From Bugula neritina (lineage: Eukaryota > Animalia > Bryozoa), in contig OZ037768.1 in the NCBI GenBank assembly GCA_964035545.1, positions 19,575,700 to 19,639,699 of the forward strand: 64,000 bases of DNA, in the 5' to 3' direction. Below, piece after piece: positions 1 through 13,800 of the stretch (position 1 is its first letter; each line of letters opens with the position of its first letter). The translations under genes and the position numbers were made by a program. The notes beneath the pieces are model-generated. The model saw only the letters and a list, made by a program, of their open reading frames with translations. It had not been told where the DNA came from and ran no database searches.

Positions 1-200
1 GATGTCATATACTGTTGCATGTGGACATAAATTAATCAGAAGAAAGACAACTCTTGAAATAGGGTTTGCAATAAGATCAAAGGAGGGCATAAAATTAAAA
101 AAAATAAGAAGATACTTAGACAGCTGAACTGGATGCATGTCAGAGATTCTGTACAATTATGTAGACATCATTGGTGAAGAACCATCAACATTGAGTGATG

Positions 201-758
201 TGAGATATTAGACAGTGTAGTGAGATACTAGACAGTGCAGTGAGATATTAGACAGTGTAGTGAGATACTAGACAGTGCAGTGAGATACTAGACAGTGTAG
301 TGAGATACTAGACAGTGTAGTGAGATACTAGACAGTGTAGTGAGATACTAGACAGTGTAGTGAGATACTAGACAGTGCAGTGAAATACTAGACAGTGCAG
401 TGAAATACTAGACAGTGTAGTGAGATACTAGACAGTGTAGTGAGATACTAGACAGTGTAGTGAGATACTAGACAGTGTAGTGAAATACTAAACAGTGTAG
501 TGAGATACTAGACAGTATAGTGATATACTAAACAGTGTAGTGAGATACTAGACAGTATAGTGATATACTAGACAGTGTAGTGAGATACTAGACAGTGTAG
601 TGAGATACTAGACAGTGTAGTGAGATACTAGACAGTGTAGTGAGATACTAGACAGTGTAGTGAGATACTAGACAGTGTAGTGAGATACTAGACAGTGTAG
701 TGAGATACTAGACAGTGTAGTGAGATACTAGACAGTGTAGTGAGATACTAGACAGTGC
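201..758. repeat. 20-bp minisatellite (TGAGATACTAGACAGTGTAG), about 28 copies, in an MRPL12 intron
   Basis: Head-to-tail near-identical units, no spacers. Confidence 0.97.
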
Positions 759-781
759 TCAGTACAACAATATCAACAAAC

Positions 782-3060
782 CTGCACTAAATTCATTCCT
801 TCCACCAATTTTTTCACTTCCTTGATTAAAGCAATCTTTTTAGAATCTTCAAACTTATCTAGTTTGACTGTGAACAAGGACTGTACTTGCTTCACTTCCT
901 CTTCTTCTTCCTAATCCAACAAATTGTTTGCAAATGAAATATAGTCAGATGTTGAATCTTTTAATAAAAAAGTTTAAAACAAGATCTGTATATATGTTAT
1001 GGTATGATATGTAACAGCAATAACGAGTGACTAGTAGCATGCTTTACTGTATCTGTACTAATACCCTACACGCAATTTTTAAACATACGACTGGCTTGAA
1101 AATAAAAGCACGCGCAACACGTAAAAATCGGGTTCAGCCCCACTAGAGTTAATAATCAACTAACTTAAAAATCAAGCATAACACAGGGAAATGTGAACAT
1201 TGAATATAGTAACCAGCCAGCGAAATTGATAGGCCAACGACTAACCTTAACTTGAGACTGAGCGACATTGCCCATAGGCATGCCCATTGCCATCATAGGA
1301 GCGTCTGGGATATTCAGCCTTTTCTACAACACAATTATAATGTAACTTACTTGAAAGTACAAAAAGGAACACATAAACACTGATTACTTTACGGGGAATC
1401 TTTTGATTAGTCACAAAGTTTTAGGAGTTGTCTTTTTAAAGAGTTTTTTCTACAGAAATGTATGGCCATTATGATGCTTTCCATCTGGCTGCTATAAATA
1501 GCTTTGGAAACCTGCATAATGTACATTACATGAACCAGGAAAGGCATTTTATAAAATTGAGATCAAAGACTTTACAGATGAGGACAGATAATTCTAGCCT
1601 ATTATAAAATATTATTCACAATAGAAAAAAGTCTCCGGGATTTTGCACTACTGCAGTTTATTTCAGCCTGGTGTAGTACAAACCTTGAGACAGCTATTTA
1701 AATCTGCAACCTCCATTAAGGTGAGTTGACTGATTCTATCTACTATGTCATTAATGTGAGCTGGGTATGTCTTTTCGAGGCCATCTGCAGTTGGTACTTC
1801 TAGAGCTTGTGTGCTGCACAGACGGATTCGGCATCTGTATCTAAACAACAACAACCTCCATAGAACTCAGCTAGCACCTACTACCTACCAGCTAGTACTT
1901 ACCAGCTAATACTTACCAGCTAGTACTTACCAGCTAGCACCTACCAACTAGCGCCTACCAGCTAGCACCTACCAGCTAGTACCTACCAGCTAGCACCAGC
2001 CAGTTAGCATCTACCAGTTAGCACCTACCAGCTAGTACCTACCAGCTAGCATCTACCAGTTAGCACCTACCAGCTAGTACCTACCAGCTAGCACCTGCCA
2101 GTTAGCATCTACTACCTACCAGCTAGCATCTACTACCTACCAGCTAGCATCTACTACCTACCAGCTAGCACCTACTACCTACCAGCTAGCACCTACCAGC
2201 TAGTACACAGTATACATCACACAATTTAGAGATATCCCTATTTATATCACAACTTAGTACAGTATGCAAGTCACTAGTATTAGAGAACTGAGCTTTTTAA
2301 GCCAGCAAGATCAATAAGTGAAGCAATAATGTTTTTATTTATAAGGATTACTATCATCAAATACTTTTCACTGACAATGATAAACTAAAAGTAAAAGATA
2401 AACCTGCAGATAGATTATGAATATCAATAACTTACTCAAAGTGAAAGTTAATGAAAGCAGACATTTAACTTTAACTTAAACCCCTTGGACTGTAGGGTTT
2501 AGCCTCAGCGCTCAGGCGGACCGGTAATGATAATCACTTAATGTAAATTTACAATTGCCTTTGCAATAACTGCTATTAATATTATAACTATAATGTATAA
2601 CTGAGTTAATAACTCAGTTAATGTTATCGCCATACTGTAACATTAAATACAGCCTTAACAACTACAAGTAACATTACCTAACCGAATAACCACAAGTTAA
2701 ACTTAATCTATAACAAATTTTTAACTTTGACCTTAAATTTCAGTTTGTTTTTCAACAGTTAAAAGCTTAAAATTTAAGTTTTTAACTCATAACATCAACA
2801 GTGAAAAATTATAAACAAGATCAAAGTTAAACTTAGAGTGATCAGTGAAACTTAAAACTGTTAATGGTTAATCAGTCAAGCCCAAGCCCAATGTAAGACT
2901 AGGTATGGTCAGAGTGAGAATAATAATTAGAGTAAGTACATACTCATACTGATACTACTACCAGAAACTCAAACTCACTGAACAGTGAACTGAGAACGAA
3001 TTTGACTTACAATTTTCGGGTATGTCTTATTTTGTTGATGAAAAGTCTTGACGAACTCAT
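782..3060 (-). CDS. MRPL12: Mitochondrial ribosomal protein L12 (bL12m); 3' exon(s) lie left of the window
   Basis: Phase-consistent GT-AG exons 3060-3011, 1840-1684, 1323-1246, 910-782 give MSSSRLFINKIRHTRKLYRCRIRLCS (basic transit-peptide-like)...YPAHINDIVDRISQLTLMEVADLNSCLKKRLNIPD...EEEEEVKQVQSLFTVKLDKFEDSKKIALIKEVKKLVEGMNLVQ, matching the L7/L12 dimerisation and C-terminal domains. Confidence 0.93.
1868..2203. repeat. Degenerate 14/21-bp tandem repeat (CAGCTAGCACCTAC, built from 7-mers) in MRPL12 intron 1
   Basis: Repeated cagctag/cacctac/tacctac blocks. Confidence 0.92.
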
Positions 3061-3400
3061 ACTGGAAATTTTTGGTAATACAGTCTAAATAAAAAAGAAT
3101 AAAATATAACAAAGTGAATCACTTGTGCCTGGGACCAAATGGGCTTCAAGTTCAAGCCGTCAAGACCTAGAAGTAGAAGAAAATTTAAATGAAAATTGTA
3201 GAGCACCAATGAACCCGGAGCACGAGAAAGCGTAACCTTGAACTTATCGCTATTCTTTAACAAAAACGTTTTACTTCCAATAGCGCATACACTGAACTGA
3301 AACTATAAGTTATAGTTAAATGAGCAATACGTAGCGTAGCCCCCTCCTCCTACTCCAATGCATGACATAATAATATAAGAACTAAGTGACGAATTAATAG
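3061..3400. promoter_or_regulatory. Probable MRPL12 promoter/5' UTR (divergent from the EGF gene)
   Basis: Directly upstream of the MRPL12 ATG; visibly more CpG than the CpG-poor flanks. Confidence 0.45.
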
Positions 3401-4849
3401 CCTTGCTACAATACACTTTGTTAAAATTAGTGGCCAAAGAGGCTGAATAAAAGGTACATCTCTTTGAATAGAAGATCCAGCCGCATCTACGATTAACCTG
3501 AACTCTCTAAAATTAAGCAGACAACCATAATAAAACTTGTATCATGCTAATTTTCATATTCTCTCAGGCATTGCAGCTATTGATCACACATGTTGAGAGC
3601 AAACACCCAAATAATAATATCTTTGCATAATTTGTAAACTTCAAATGAATAACGTAATGATATTATAGTATCAGTTTATGATGTACAAAGCCCTGTAGAG
3701 CTCAGAAGTGTTGCTGTCCTTCAGATGCAAACTCAAAGTCTATAAAACTCAGTCCAATAACAGTTATGGTTATTAGCCCCCCCCCCCACCTCTACCCTGC
3801 ACCAGGATGGTCTATGTCTTTACTTTGCATTAAGATTGTAAAACATTCTTAAGTTTTGCAAGTAATTCATATTGTTTGCACTGCAAAACTGATAAGTGAT
3901 TATAATAAAAACATAACTTTTGGAGACATTCTTTTCATCATTAATGTACCAAGTAAAACAAAAAAATATAAAATAGCTCACACATTTATAATGTAGATTA
4001 TAAACTTTAGAAAATATACTTCACCAAATCAAATCAACTTTTACACTATGATCAAGCATATCTTCTTAACCTTCTATCAAAGTTTACCCTCCCACTATCT
4101 CAGATCATATAAGCAACAAACACCTATTTCAGGTATCTTATAACTTTCCTTTTAACATGATGTGCTTAAATTTCCACAGGAGTAGCAACAGCTCACATGC
4201 TAACTGCCAAAATTAAAGCTTGCTTAGACTATGCATCAAGCAATTTTCTGTATTGCATAGTAATGTGAAAGGGTTGAGATGTGAGAACTATGGAAAAGTA
4301 GGTCAACTATAAACCAAGACTTTAAAACCGTTGCCTGGAGTGTGGGATTGATCAGCACTTCTCCAACTGCAAAGTAGTCCTACCATAGCTGACTTGTTTT
4401 TCACCATTCTTCAACGCTGTTTTGAAACTTAACTATGTTATTTCTAACATTTTGCAATTCAAATGTTTATAGAATCTATGCACCAGTAAAACAACCTGTT
4501 GCATTTGTTCATGCTCAGTATCTAGATTTTGCCACTCACAACGATATTCTGTTTGGTATCTCTAATGTAATTATTTTATTTCATTTATTTCATTTATTTC
4601 ATTTTTGTGACTCACATATTCAAGGCTAGATAGAAACTTATCATGTAGCGTAAACATTGAAAAGACTGGGCTACTTTAACTGTTGAGTGTGCCATCAGTT
4701 CTATGGTAAATGTTTTGTTAATGTATAGTGTCTATTAGCAGCACTACACATTAGTAGAAGCTGTTACCACTGCCCTCTCGTTTATATTTCCATCACTTAT
4801 ATGTCATACAACATATATATTGAGCACCTGCCTTTTATTGTAAGCAGTC

Positions 4850-7800
4850 ATGACAATGATGCTCTCCAAGGTTTGTTATGTTAGGAATATTAGAGCTTGA
4901 GTTTTCAGAAAAAATTGCACCTTTGGATATTTTTATACAAAAATTTGTAGAATTTTTATGTATACTTTGTAGTCTAATGAAATTTGAATTAATAACTTTT
5001 TTATTTTTACAGGCAACACGGTATATCCTACTACTTGTTGCTGTAAATGCAGTTGCTCAAATCAATCTAGCAGCAGGTAAGACTAGCTTCTAAAATATTT
5101 CAGTACCTGTGTGTGCAGGTGTGTGCAGGTGTGTGCAGATTTATTAAAGTAGAAGGCTATTGTTGATAGCAATTCATTACTATTCATTATTTAAAATACA
5201 AAAATGTCAATGTCATGATCAAAAAATTTTTAATTTGAAAAAAGCTCAAAAATGGTGCATGTTAATGTACAATTGCTCAATGTTAATTATTTGTTTAAAA
5301 AAAAACAAGTGCATTAACTTTTTTAATATAATTAAGTAAAGTGACAGCTTTTAAAATGGGTGATATAAGTTTATGTTATTGTCCTTTTTAATTGGCAATT
5401 TCAATTCCTCAATGTATATTGTATGATTTCTGTGTAGTTTTAACAAGGGAGTTGTTAAATAGTTGGTGTTAACTTAGCTGTAATTTTGTGTGTGTCTGTA
5501 GGTGCCATAAGTTGGGGCAGTTCACAAATTTGGCAACCCTCTCCCCGTGAGTATTGTATTGATACTCAATCCTAAAGAGCCTAACTACTGCTAGCATTCT
5601 CTGGTAGTGGAGAATGAATTCTGTGTGCTTACGCAATATGCTTTATAATATTATGTTTTGCTACTCAAAACCATATATTTAAGTGTAGTAGAAGAGAAAT
5701 TCTAATAGCCTAAGTACTTTAATTTTCTTGATAAATTTTGTTTAGGGTGCATGCAAGCTCGAAACTATCATATAAGAACAAAACTTCTTTTCGACATTTC
5801 TAATCAAAAACACAGGGTTTTTTCAATTTCTTTCTTACCGCACCAAACTCAAAACATAGTCTAATTAATGTGAAGACTTGCATCACAATTTTATCTAATG
5901 TTTTGTGAGTACATGTGACGCTACCATTATGTCGTATTGATTATGTTATTCTTTATGCTCAGCATCTTGTCCCCCGAACTGTGAACACCACTGTGACACT
6001 AAAACTGCCCGGTGTGCGTGTACTGAAGGATATAAACTTGCTCAAGATCACATACACTGCATAGGCAAGTCTCTGTATAATTTATATCTGATTTAAAAAT
6101 TTATAGAATGGCTAAATACTTGCTTGCAATAACTTTAGAGGTTCTTTGAAAGGATAAACTGCAAAATAAGTGAAATAGCACTTTTTGAGACATTTGAAAT
6201 AATAATGTTAAAATTATTTGGGTTATTTTTTTATAGCTGCACCTTTATTATGGCAGTTTACTTTTACTGTTGATAAAAATAGTTATTGCTAGATTATTGT
6301 GGGTGGCTCTTTCACCATGAACTGTAATACTGAAAGTGGTTATATTCACAGTTTGTTCTGCTCAGTAAAACAAGATATATGACTTTGTGGTATCTAATGA
6401 TGGGCTGCTGTATTGAATGTATAAAAGATAGTTATATTATTTGTTACTGTAGACATCAATGAGTGTGACAAAGACAATGGCGGGTGTGAGCAAACTTGCA
6501 TTAACCTCTACGGTTCGCATAAGTGTACATGTGAAGTTACCTGCAGAGCTGGCTATGCTTTGCATGATGACAAATGTGTCGGTACGTGGTAGCTATTTCT
6601 CTTCATTAAAGTTAATGCATCAGTGTTATGGTAATACGCATTTTTACTGTAATATCACATTGCGCATGCTCCATTACTTTCTTTATGATTTGCATCTTTT
6701 ATCATTTTGTATAACTCAATGTTGCTCATCTTTTACTGGCAATTTGTTGAAAAAATATCTGTTGTGGACAAAGCCATAGATCACCTTGCCAGCTGCCTTC
6801 ACCTCTGCAGTCAGCAATAAAAAACTTAAGGTTAACATTTACATATGTTAAGAGATGCAACAACTTTATTGTAGTGTAGATCATTAGTGCTAAGAACATA
6901 TCTTATTATAATGATGTACCAGTTTACTTGTATATTATATATTTTCCACTCCCTGAATTAGAAGTAGATCGTTGAATAATTTTGTTACAGATGCATGTCT
7001 GGTGAGGAATTGCAGTCATTTCTGTACAAAGGATCCGTATGGAACTGCTCAATGCAGCTGTCCTAGCAATAGTAAACTTGGTGCTAACCAAAAGGACTGC
7101 GTTGGTAATTTATTATATTATTAATAACATGTGTCCCTAACTACAGTTGTATCACACTAGCTGCCATTAATGTGATAAACTGGTGCAATAGACCCCATAG
7201 ACACACCAGTGTACATGACTTGCCCATTATCCACAGACTTTCACTGCCATTTGAATTACTATTGCAATTAAATTTTGAAGCATGTTGAGCTAATGTTCAC
7301 CTCCCATCTCAACACTCAGGCTAATTTATATCATGCAGATTTTCTCATTTCACTATCATGTGCAATAGTAAATATATTAGTCCAACTGAAATAGTGCTCT
7401 TCGCTGCTGAAGTTGCTAGTATTTCTTGAAAAGCTACCTAAATTTGTTAACATGCACGAAAACAAATATAAAGAATCTCTACCGTTATTACCTGTGCCAG
7501 TTGTGCCATTTTTACCTGTGCAATTTTTATGGAGCACCGTATCTAGCAAGCTTTAGCTTTCACATTTACCTCTTATGTTACTTATTGGTGATATCACTAA
7601 AACATGCTTGTTCTGATGCATAAGTCAATAGGTCGATGACTGTTCTAAAGAAATATAGTTGTTGATTAATATCTCGGACTATAAACAAGTATATAAACAA
7701 AGTGAAACCAACATTTCAGCTATCGATGATTGTGTATATTACTACAACACACTTTGTATGGCTGGCATAGACCGGTATATGTTACTACAATTCACTGTGC

Positions 7801-10800
7801 ATACAGATCCATGTGTATTCTCCAATGGTGGATGCAGTCACATATGCTCTAGTGACCCGGACACATACGAAGTGACATGCTCTTGTCGAGAAGGCTATGA
7901 GCTGGATGACACTGGTCGCAGGTGTCAGTTAAATCGAGTGGAGTGTCAGGATCCTGTCAGACAAGTGTATGACATCATCACAAAGAAGTGTGTTGGTTAG
8001 TTGATGAATAATAGCTTGTTATGTGATATGATTATGTCTATTAGTAGTGGGAGGATGAGTAGATAACTCCAAGTAAATCTCATATGCTAGGTAAGGCTAG
8101 TAAACATTATACTTATCTCTTTCGCTATATGACAGTATTAAAGCTATGTCGAGCAAACTGTGATAGAGTTAAAAACTGTCTTGTGATATTGAGCTTGGTC
8201 ACATGGTTTTATAAACAAGGAGTCAGATAATATAGTTCTAGTAGCAAACCCGGTTTACTTGGTAATAAAACTTAATGTTAGTTTTTGTTTCTTGATATTG
8301 AGTTTAAAGAAGAGAGAAAAAAACTTTAGGTTTTAAACAGAATAACGAGGTCGACATGGCTCTACGACACAATAGTTGAGGCCCACAAGCTATGAATGGT
8401 TAATAGTCTGTAAGAGTAATTTTTGTTGACTAACATGTCTTTCATGTTGCAAATTTCTATTTCACTACGAGTTATTTTATTTCAGATAAATGCCAGCAGG
8501 TAAAGTGTGAACACACATGTATTGTGAATACAGTATTGGGATTGGCTGAGTGCCATTGTTACGATGGCTATGAGCTGGCGAGTGACAAAGCCCAGTGTAC
8601 AGGTAAAACTATAGTAGTGTACTATTAGTGTAGCTGCTGTAGTTAATTTAGCAGAGTGTATGTACGTGCCATAGTGCTGTAGTTCTATTCTATATTAATA
8701 TGATCTAGTGTTGTGTTGCAGAGTTAAATAGTGTAGCTATTGTAGTGCAGTGTAGGGTAGTATAGTGTAGTGTAGTATAGTGTAGTGTAGTGCAGTGCAG
8801 TGCAGTGCAGTGCAGTGCAGTGCAGTGCAGTGCAGTGCAGTGCAGTGCAGTGCAGTGCAGTGCAGTGCAGTGCAGTGCAGTGCAGTGCAGTGCAGTGCAG
8901 TGCAGTGCAGTGCAGTGCAGTGCAGTGCAGTGCAGTGCAGTGCAGTGCAGTGCAGTGCAGTGTAGTGCATTGCAGTGAATAGTAGTGTAGTATAGTGTAA
9001 TGTAGTGTAGTGCAATGTAGGGTATGTAGTGTTGTGTAGTGTAGCACATTATGCATTACATAAATAAGTATATATTATTAAAAATTTTATTGCCAACGTT
9101 ATGTTTGATCTAGTCCACATGGCAACATTCTGCATGTCATTTATTTTACCAGATACTGATGAATGTGCTACTAACAATGGAAATTGTGCTGAAAGGTGCA
9201 CCAACAGCATTGGCAGCTATGAGTGTAGCTGCATCAGAGGAGAGCTGGATACTAATAGACACACTTGCACAGGTTTGTCATGGTGTGATATGATAAGTGT
9301 CAAAGCTGTCTGCTCATGCTCTGACAAGTGTCAAAGTTGTCTGCTCATGCTCTAATATTTTAACTAACTTTTGTGTTTATAACTTTTTCAAAATAATTAC
9401 CGACTTTCATTTTATCCATTGCTCACTGGTGCGAAATATAGCCTACCTTTTTTATAGCAATATATGATAGAATTAGTCTTTGCTTGACGTTTTTTTTAAA
9501 AAGAATTGTGATGGCCATGTAATAGCATATTGGTGACACTACTTCAGCTATTAAGATTACAAAAATTAAATCAGTTTGCTTGAGACACTTAAATCACTAC
9601 TTACTAAAATGTTTATTCTAGAGTTTTTTAGCTCAATTCGTGGTATAAAAATGTTTAAAAAACACTAAATACTTGAAACTGTGTGAATTTTTTTACAATT
9701 TAATCAAATAATATTTTCAACTTAAAAGTTTGAAGTTACACTATGTGTACCCAGCTTTATACATTGTGGCAAAAGGCCATCAAAGACTAACCTCATCCGC
9801 AGACTTGCAGCTGGTCAACTTAAATTCTTAAATGTCACAATTATGAGTGATTGCTTTAATTCAACTTTCAATAATTTTAATTTAATTTAGTCTGTTATGA
9901 ATCAAAAATAAAATATATACTTTATATAGTTGACTTTTTAATACAATATAAAAGAATTCAGTTTCTATACACAATCACCAGTTTTGGTGTACTTTCTGTT
10001 ACAATTTTGCTTTGGTAGTTATCAACCCTTGTGCAAGTGAAAATAATGGAGGATGCAATCATATATGCAGACATTTAGCCCACAAGAGCTCCTTGTGTCT
10101 GTGTTATGATGGATACGTGCTGACAGAGGATCAGCAAACCTGCATCAGTAAGTTGAGTTCCCAACAGTTCCTGACTTACTTAAACAGCTTGCAATAAGAA
10201 GAGCCCAGGCTAAAATCTTAGCTGTTCTCATTTGGTTTATGTCTGCATTCTGTTTAGCACTTTACTTATAGCGTAGTTAGTATTGTATAGTCTGTTCATA
10301 GAATACTTGTGTATCTTGATAATTGTACACATAGCACTACTACGTGCCTTCAGGTAAATGTATGGTAGACAATGGTGGCTGTGGACAGGCTATGTGTAAC
10401 CTCACTTCTACTGGAGTTGTGACTTGCTCTTGTCCCAGTGACTCTATCATGCTCAACAGTGGGACGGCATGTGCCCCACCCTGTCTTCATCCAGGCTATG
10501 AACTAGATATGGATGCCGGAGTGTGCAGAAGTGAGTTCTCTATAACCTAATACTGTATAAGAATAAACTACCAGCTCTATAACATCTAGTAGTACTACAA
10601 GCTAAAAATGAAAGCTCCAGCTCTCATAAACACTGCACGTCAACAGCTTAGTGATCAAATAAAATAGCTTTCAGATATTGATCATATGCTGAAGCATTAC
10701 TTCAAACTTTGCAAGATGTGATTTACGGGGCTTCGGCTTACATCAATGAGAAAGACTGTATATTGGATGTATACTACATATACTATTAAACCTGATGTAT

Positions 10801-13800
10801 CTTAATGTATTTTTAGGTTTATGTTCAACTCCCAGCAACGGAGGATGTTCAGATGGCTGTGACATCACACCATTTGGAGTTCGCTGCTCGTGTCCCATTG
10901 GGTTAGAGCTGATGACCACCGGGCAATGCAGTAGGTATTTCTGTTATGTTACTCACTGTTCTGTTGGAAGCTACCACAGTGTATTCAGTGATTATGGTGT
11001 TGTAGTTGCTGGTATTACATTGTAGCAGGTTGTTGTTATATAGCATCCCGTGGTTATAACGTTGTAGTTATTATTTTACAGTTGATTGTCCTGAAGGCTA
11101 CAGGTTGAAGGATGATGTTTGTAAAGGTATTCTATATAATATACTTTACGTTACATTATATGACCTCCACTGTTATGGCTGTTTTTGTAGCTGTTTAATG
11201 CATATCCACTACATCATATGATTTTACTGTTTAGCTGAAATCATTTATAGAAATGCACATAATTATGTTGATATTGTGTTATATTATTCTGTAAAAAATA
11301 TGGTGTACTACTCACAAGCTGTAGCTATTCCTGTCATATATTTCATTTTTAAATTGCCAAATATGCCTGCATTTTAAACAAATTATTCAACAAAGCTGTA
11401 TTTTGCTTCTACAACATCTTCAATGTTTGATGTGTTCAGAAAGTGCTTTTACGTTGCTCTATGGTAGAATGACTTTTCAGTAGTCTTTGATTTAAATTAT
11501 CTGGTTATTTTTGCGAGTTTATTAATTTATTCACTTATGAGAATGTTATTAGGAACTATGGTTATTTCATTTATTAAAAAGTTTTTGCATGCCATTTTAA
11601 GCTACCAACATAAAGGCTGGGTGGCATTTGAAATGTACCAGTATCATACATTATTGCCATCTGTATATTGCCAGTTCTTTATGTGTTTGTCCAGATATTG
11701 ATGAATGCATAGAAGGCACAGATGGTTGCGAACAGAATTGTACCAACACTGTTGGTGGATTTTTATGTAGCTGTTATATTGGAGAACTTGATACTAATAA
11801 AAAGGATTGTACCAGTATGTATTGTACAGAACTTCATTTGTCACATGTGTTGTGCACATTTTAGGCCACCTAAATTGAAGTTGAATTGTTTTCCTGTTAT
11901 ACATGACCTCTATCTGTGTATTACAGCATCTTTCATGTGTTTGCCCAGAGGTTGACAGGGTGCTGTACCACCATGTGACAAGTATTGTATACTTTTACAG
12001 TATTTTGTAAAGCGGGTTCCATTTTCATTTTTGTTGATGATTTTTTTTTAATCTGTCTGGTAAATGTAATCTCATATTGCAATCAACGTCATGCTACAAT
12101 AAATTACTATAATATTTCAAAAAGAAATTATTGTCATTGAAATTCTTTATTTAGTACTCCTATTGTCTATGCCACTACACTTACTGTATATTAAAATGGC
12201 TAATTTTAGCTTATGTAGCTTTCTGTCAAGGTGCAATTTGTTTTGCTTAATATTTCAATTCTTTTGTTAAATATACAAAGTTACACTCAGTTACACTCAG
12301 ATACTGGCATAGTCATAAAATTTTGTTTAGAGAATAGAAATATGTAAAATTTGTAATTATGTTTCAGTTGTGAATGTTTGTGAGAATGGAAGTAATGGAA
12401 ACTGCTCGCAGCTATGTGTACATGTTGCTCACCAAGACTATCATTGTGACTGTGAAGATGGCTATCAGCTAGACACTGACTACCGAAGTTGTGTCTGTAA
12501 GTATTTCTGCTTTGATGCTGTTTCAGCTCTAAAGCTAATTGTGTCAGTCTGGAAACCAGTTTCACACTGAACATTAGTTCTATAGCTTCTCAGTCAGTAT
12601 GAGTCACACACTATATGAGTCATTCACTATGACTCATATAGTGTGTGACTTATAGAGGTAGGTGCAGTAATGGAGAAATTGAGAAGAGCCTGTGTTCTAG
12701 ATTAAAATGTAGCATATGAAGTCATGTTTTCGCAAAAATTTCAAAGCGTGCTCCAAACCAAAGTTTAAAAATAAAATTAAAGAACTTAGGCCATCTCAAT
12801 TTCTCCACTACTGCTCCTAAATGGAATAATACTCACACTGTATGACTTACATACTATGAGTATATCACTCACACACTATATTAGTCACAGACTGTGAGTA
12901 TCAGATAGTGTTGCACACTTTAGGCATCTTTCACACTGTATGAGTTGACTCCTGAGCAACTATTGCACTCACCTGCTGTGTGTTGTAGCTCTGTGTAGTA
13001 TAAACAATGGTGGATGTGAAGGAACCTGTAATCTGAACCAAGGTCAGGTTACCTGTGGCTGTGCCAGTGGATATGTGCTAGTCAACGGCACCCATTGCAG
13101 AGGTTAGTATTCCCTCTGTACTGTAATACTATGTAACCTTCTGGAACATTCTATAATGTGTCACTTTATTGGGGTATCATAGTAATAGAATGGACTACTT
13201 TTTATTTTCAAGTTAAATGTGAAAGTGCTTTGTCAGCCACTAGAGCTGTCCCGATGTCTACATATTAACTGGCATGCATTGCATTGGTAACTTTCTGTAT
13301 TATATTTTCTAGCTCTCCTTTACTTGTTAGTTGTTGCTGTCAGTATTAGTTGACCTAGGTTGTTAGTTTCATGTGTTTTCCTCCTACTCTTTATATTTTT
13401 TTCTGAAATTAATCTCTTCAGATTTCCTCTTTCCCTCTTGTCTGGAAGCATTACATGATGATTTTTCCACATCTCAAGATATCTCAGTCTTATGTAGTCA
13501 TACTTTTTTATCGGATTTCTAAGGTTTTTGTTTCTTATTCTGTCTCACACCCTACAAGCACATGCCCATTTGTCAATTTATCAGTGAATAAAACTTGTTT
13601 TTCAAGTCAATTAGGCAGCGATTCGTTTTTTACTGAAACTGATTCGAATTTGTCTCTCTTGTCCAGATATATTTTTGACATATAATACTTAGATTATTTT
13701 CCACTTACTCGTTGCATTTATGTTATACTAGTATTTCACTACTGCTGACTGAATAGACAGCACTGAGTTGTAACCTATAATCTACTTGCTGCAGATATCT

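Noticed and set aside
201-758. CRISPR-like regular array
   Set aside because: Units are contiguous with no unique spacers, in a eukaryotic intron with no cas genes; it is a minisatellite.
8705-9056. HCTAL/QCSAV repeat ORFs on both strands
   Set aside because: Translations of the (AGTGC)n microsatellite inside an intron.
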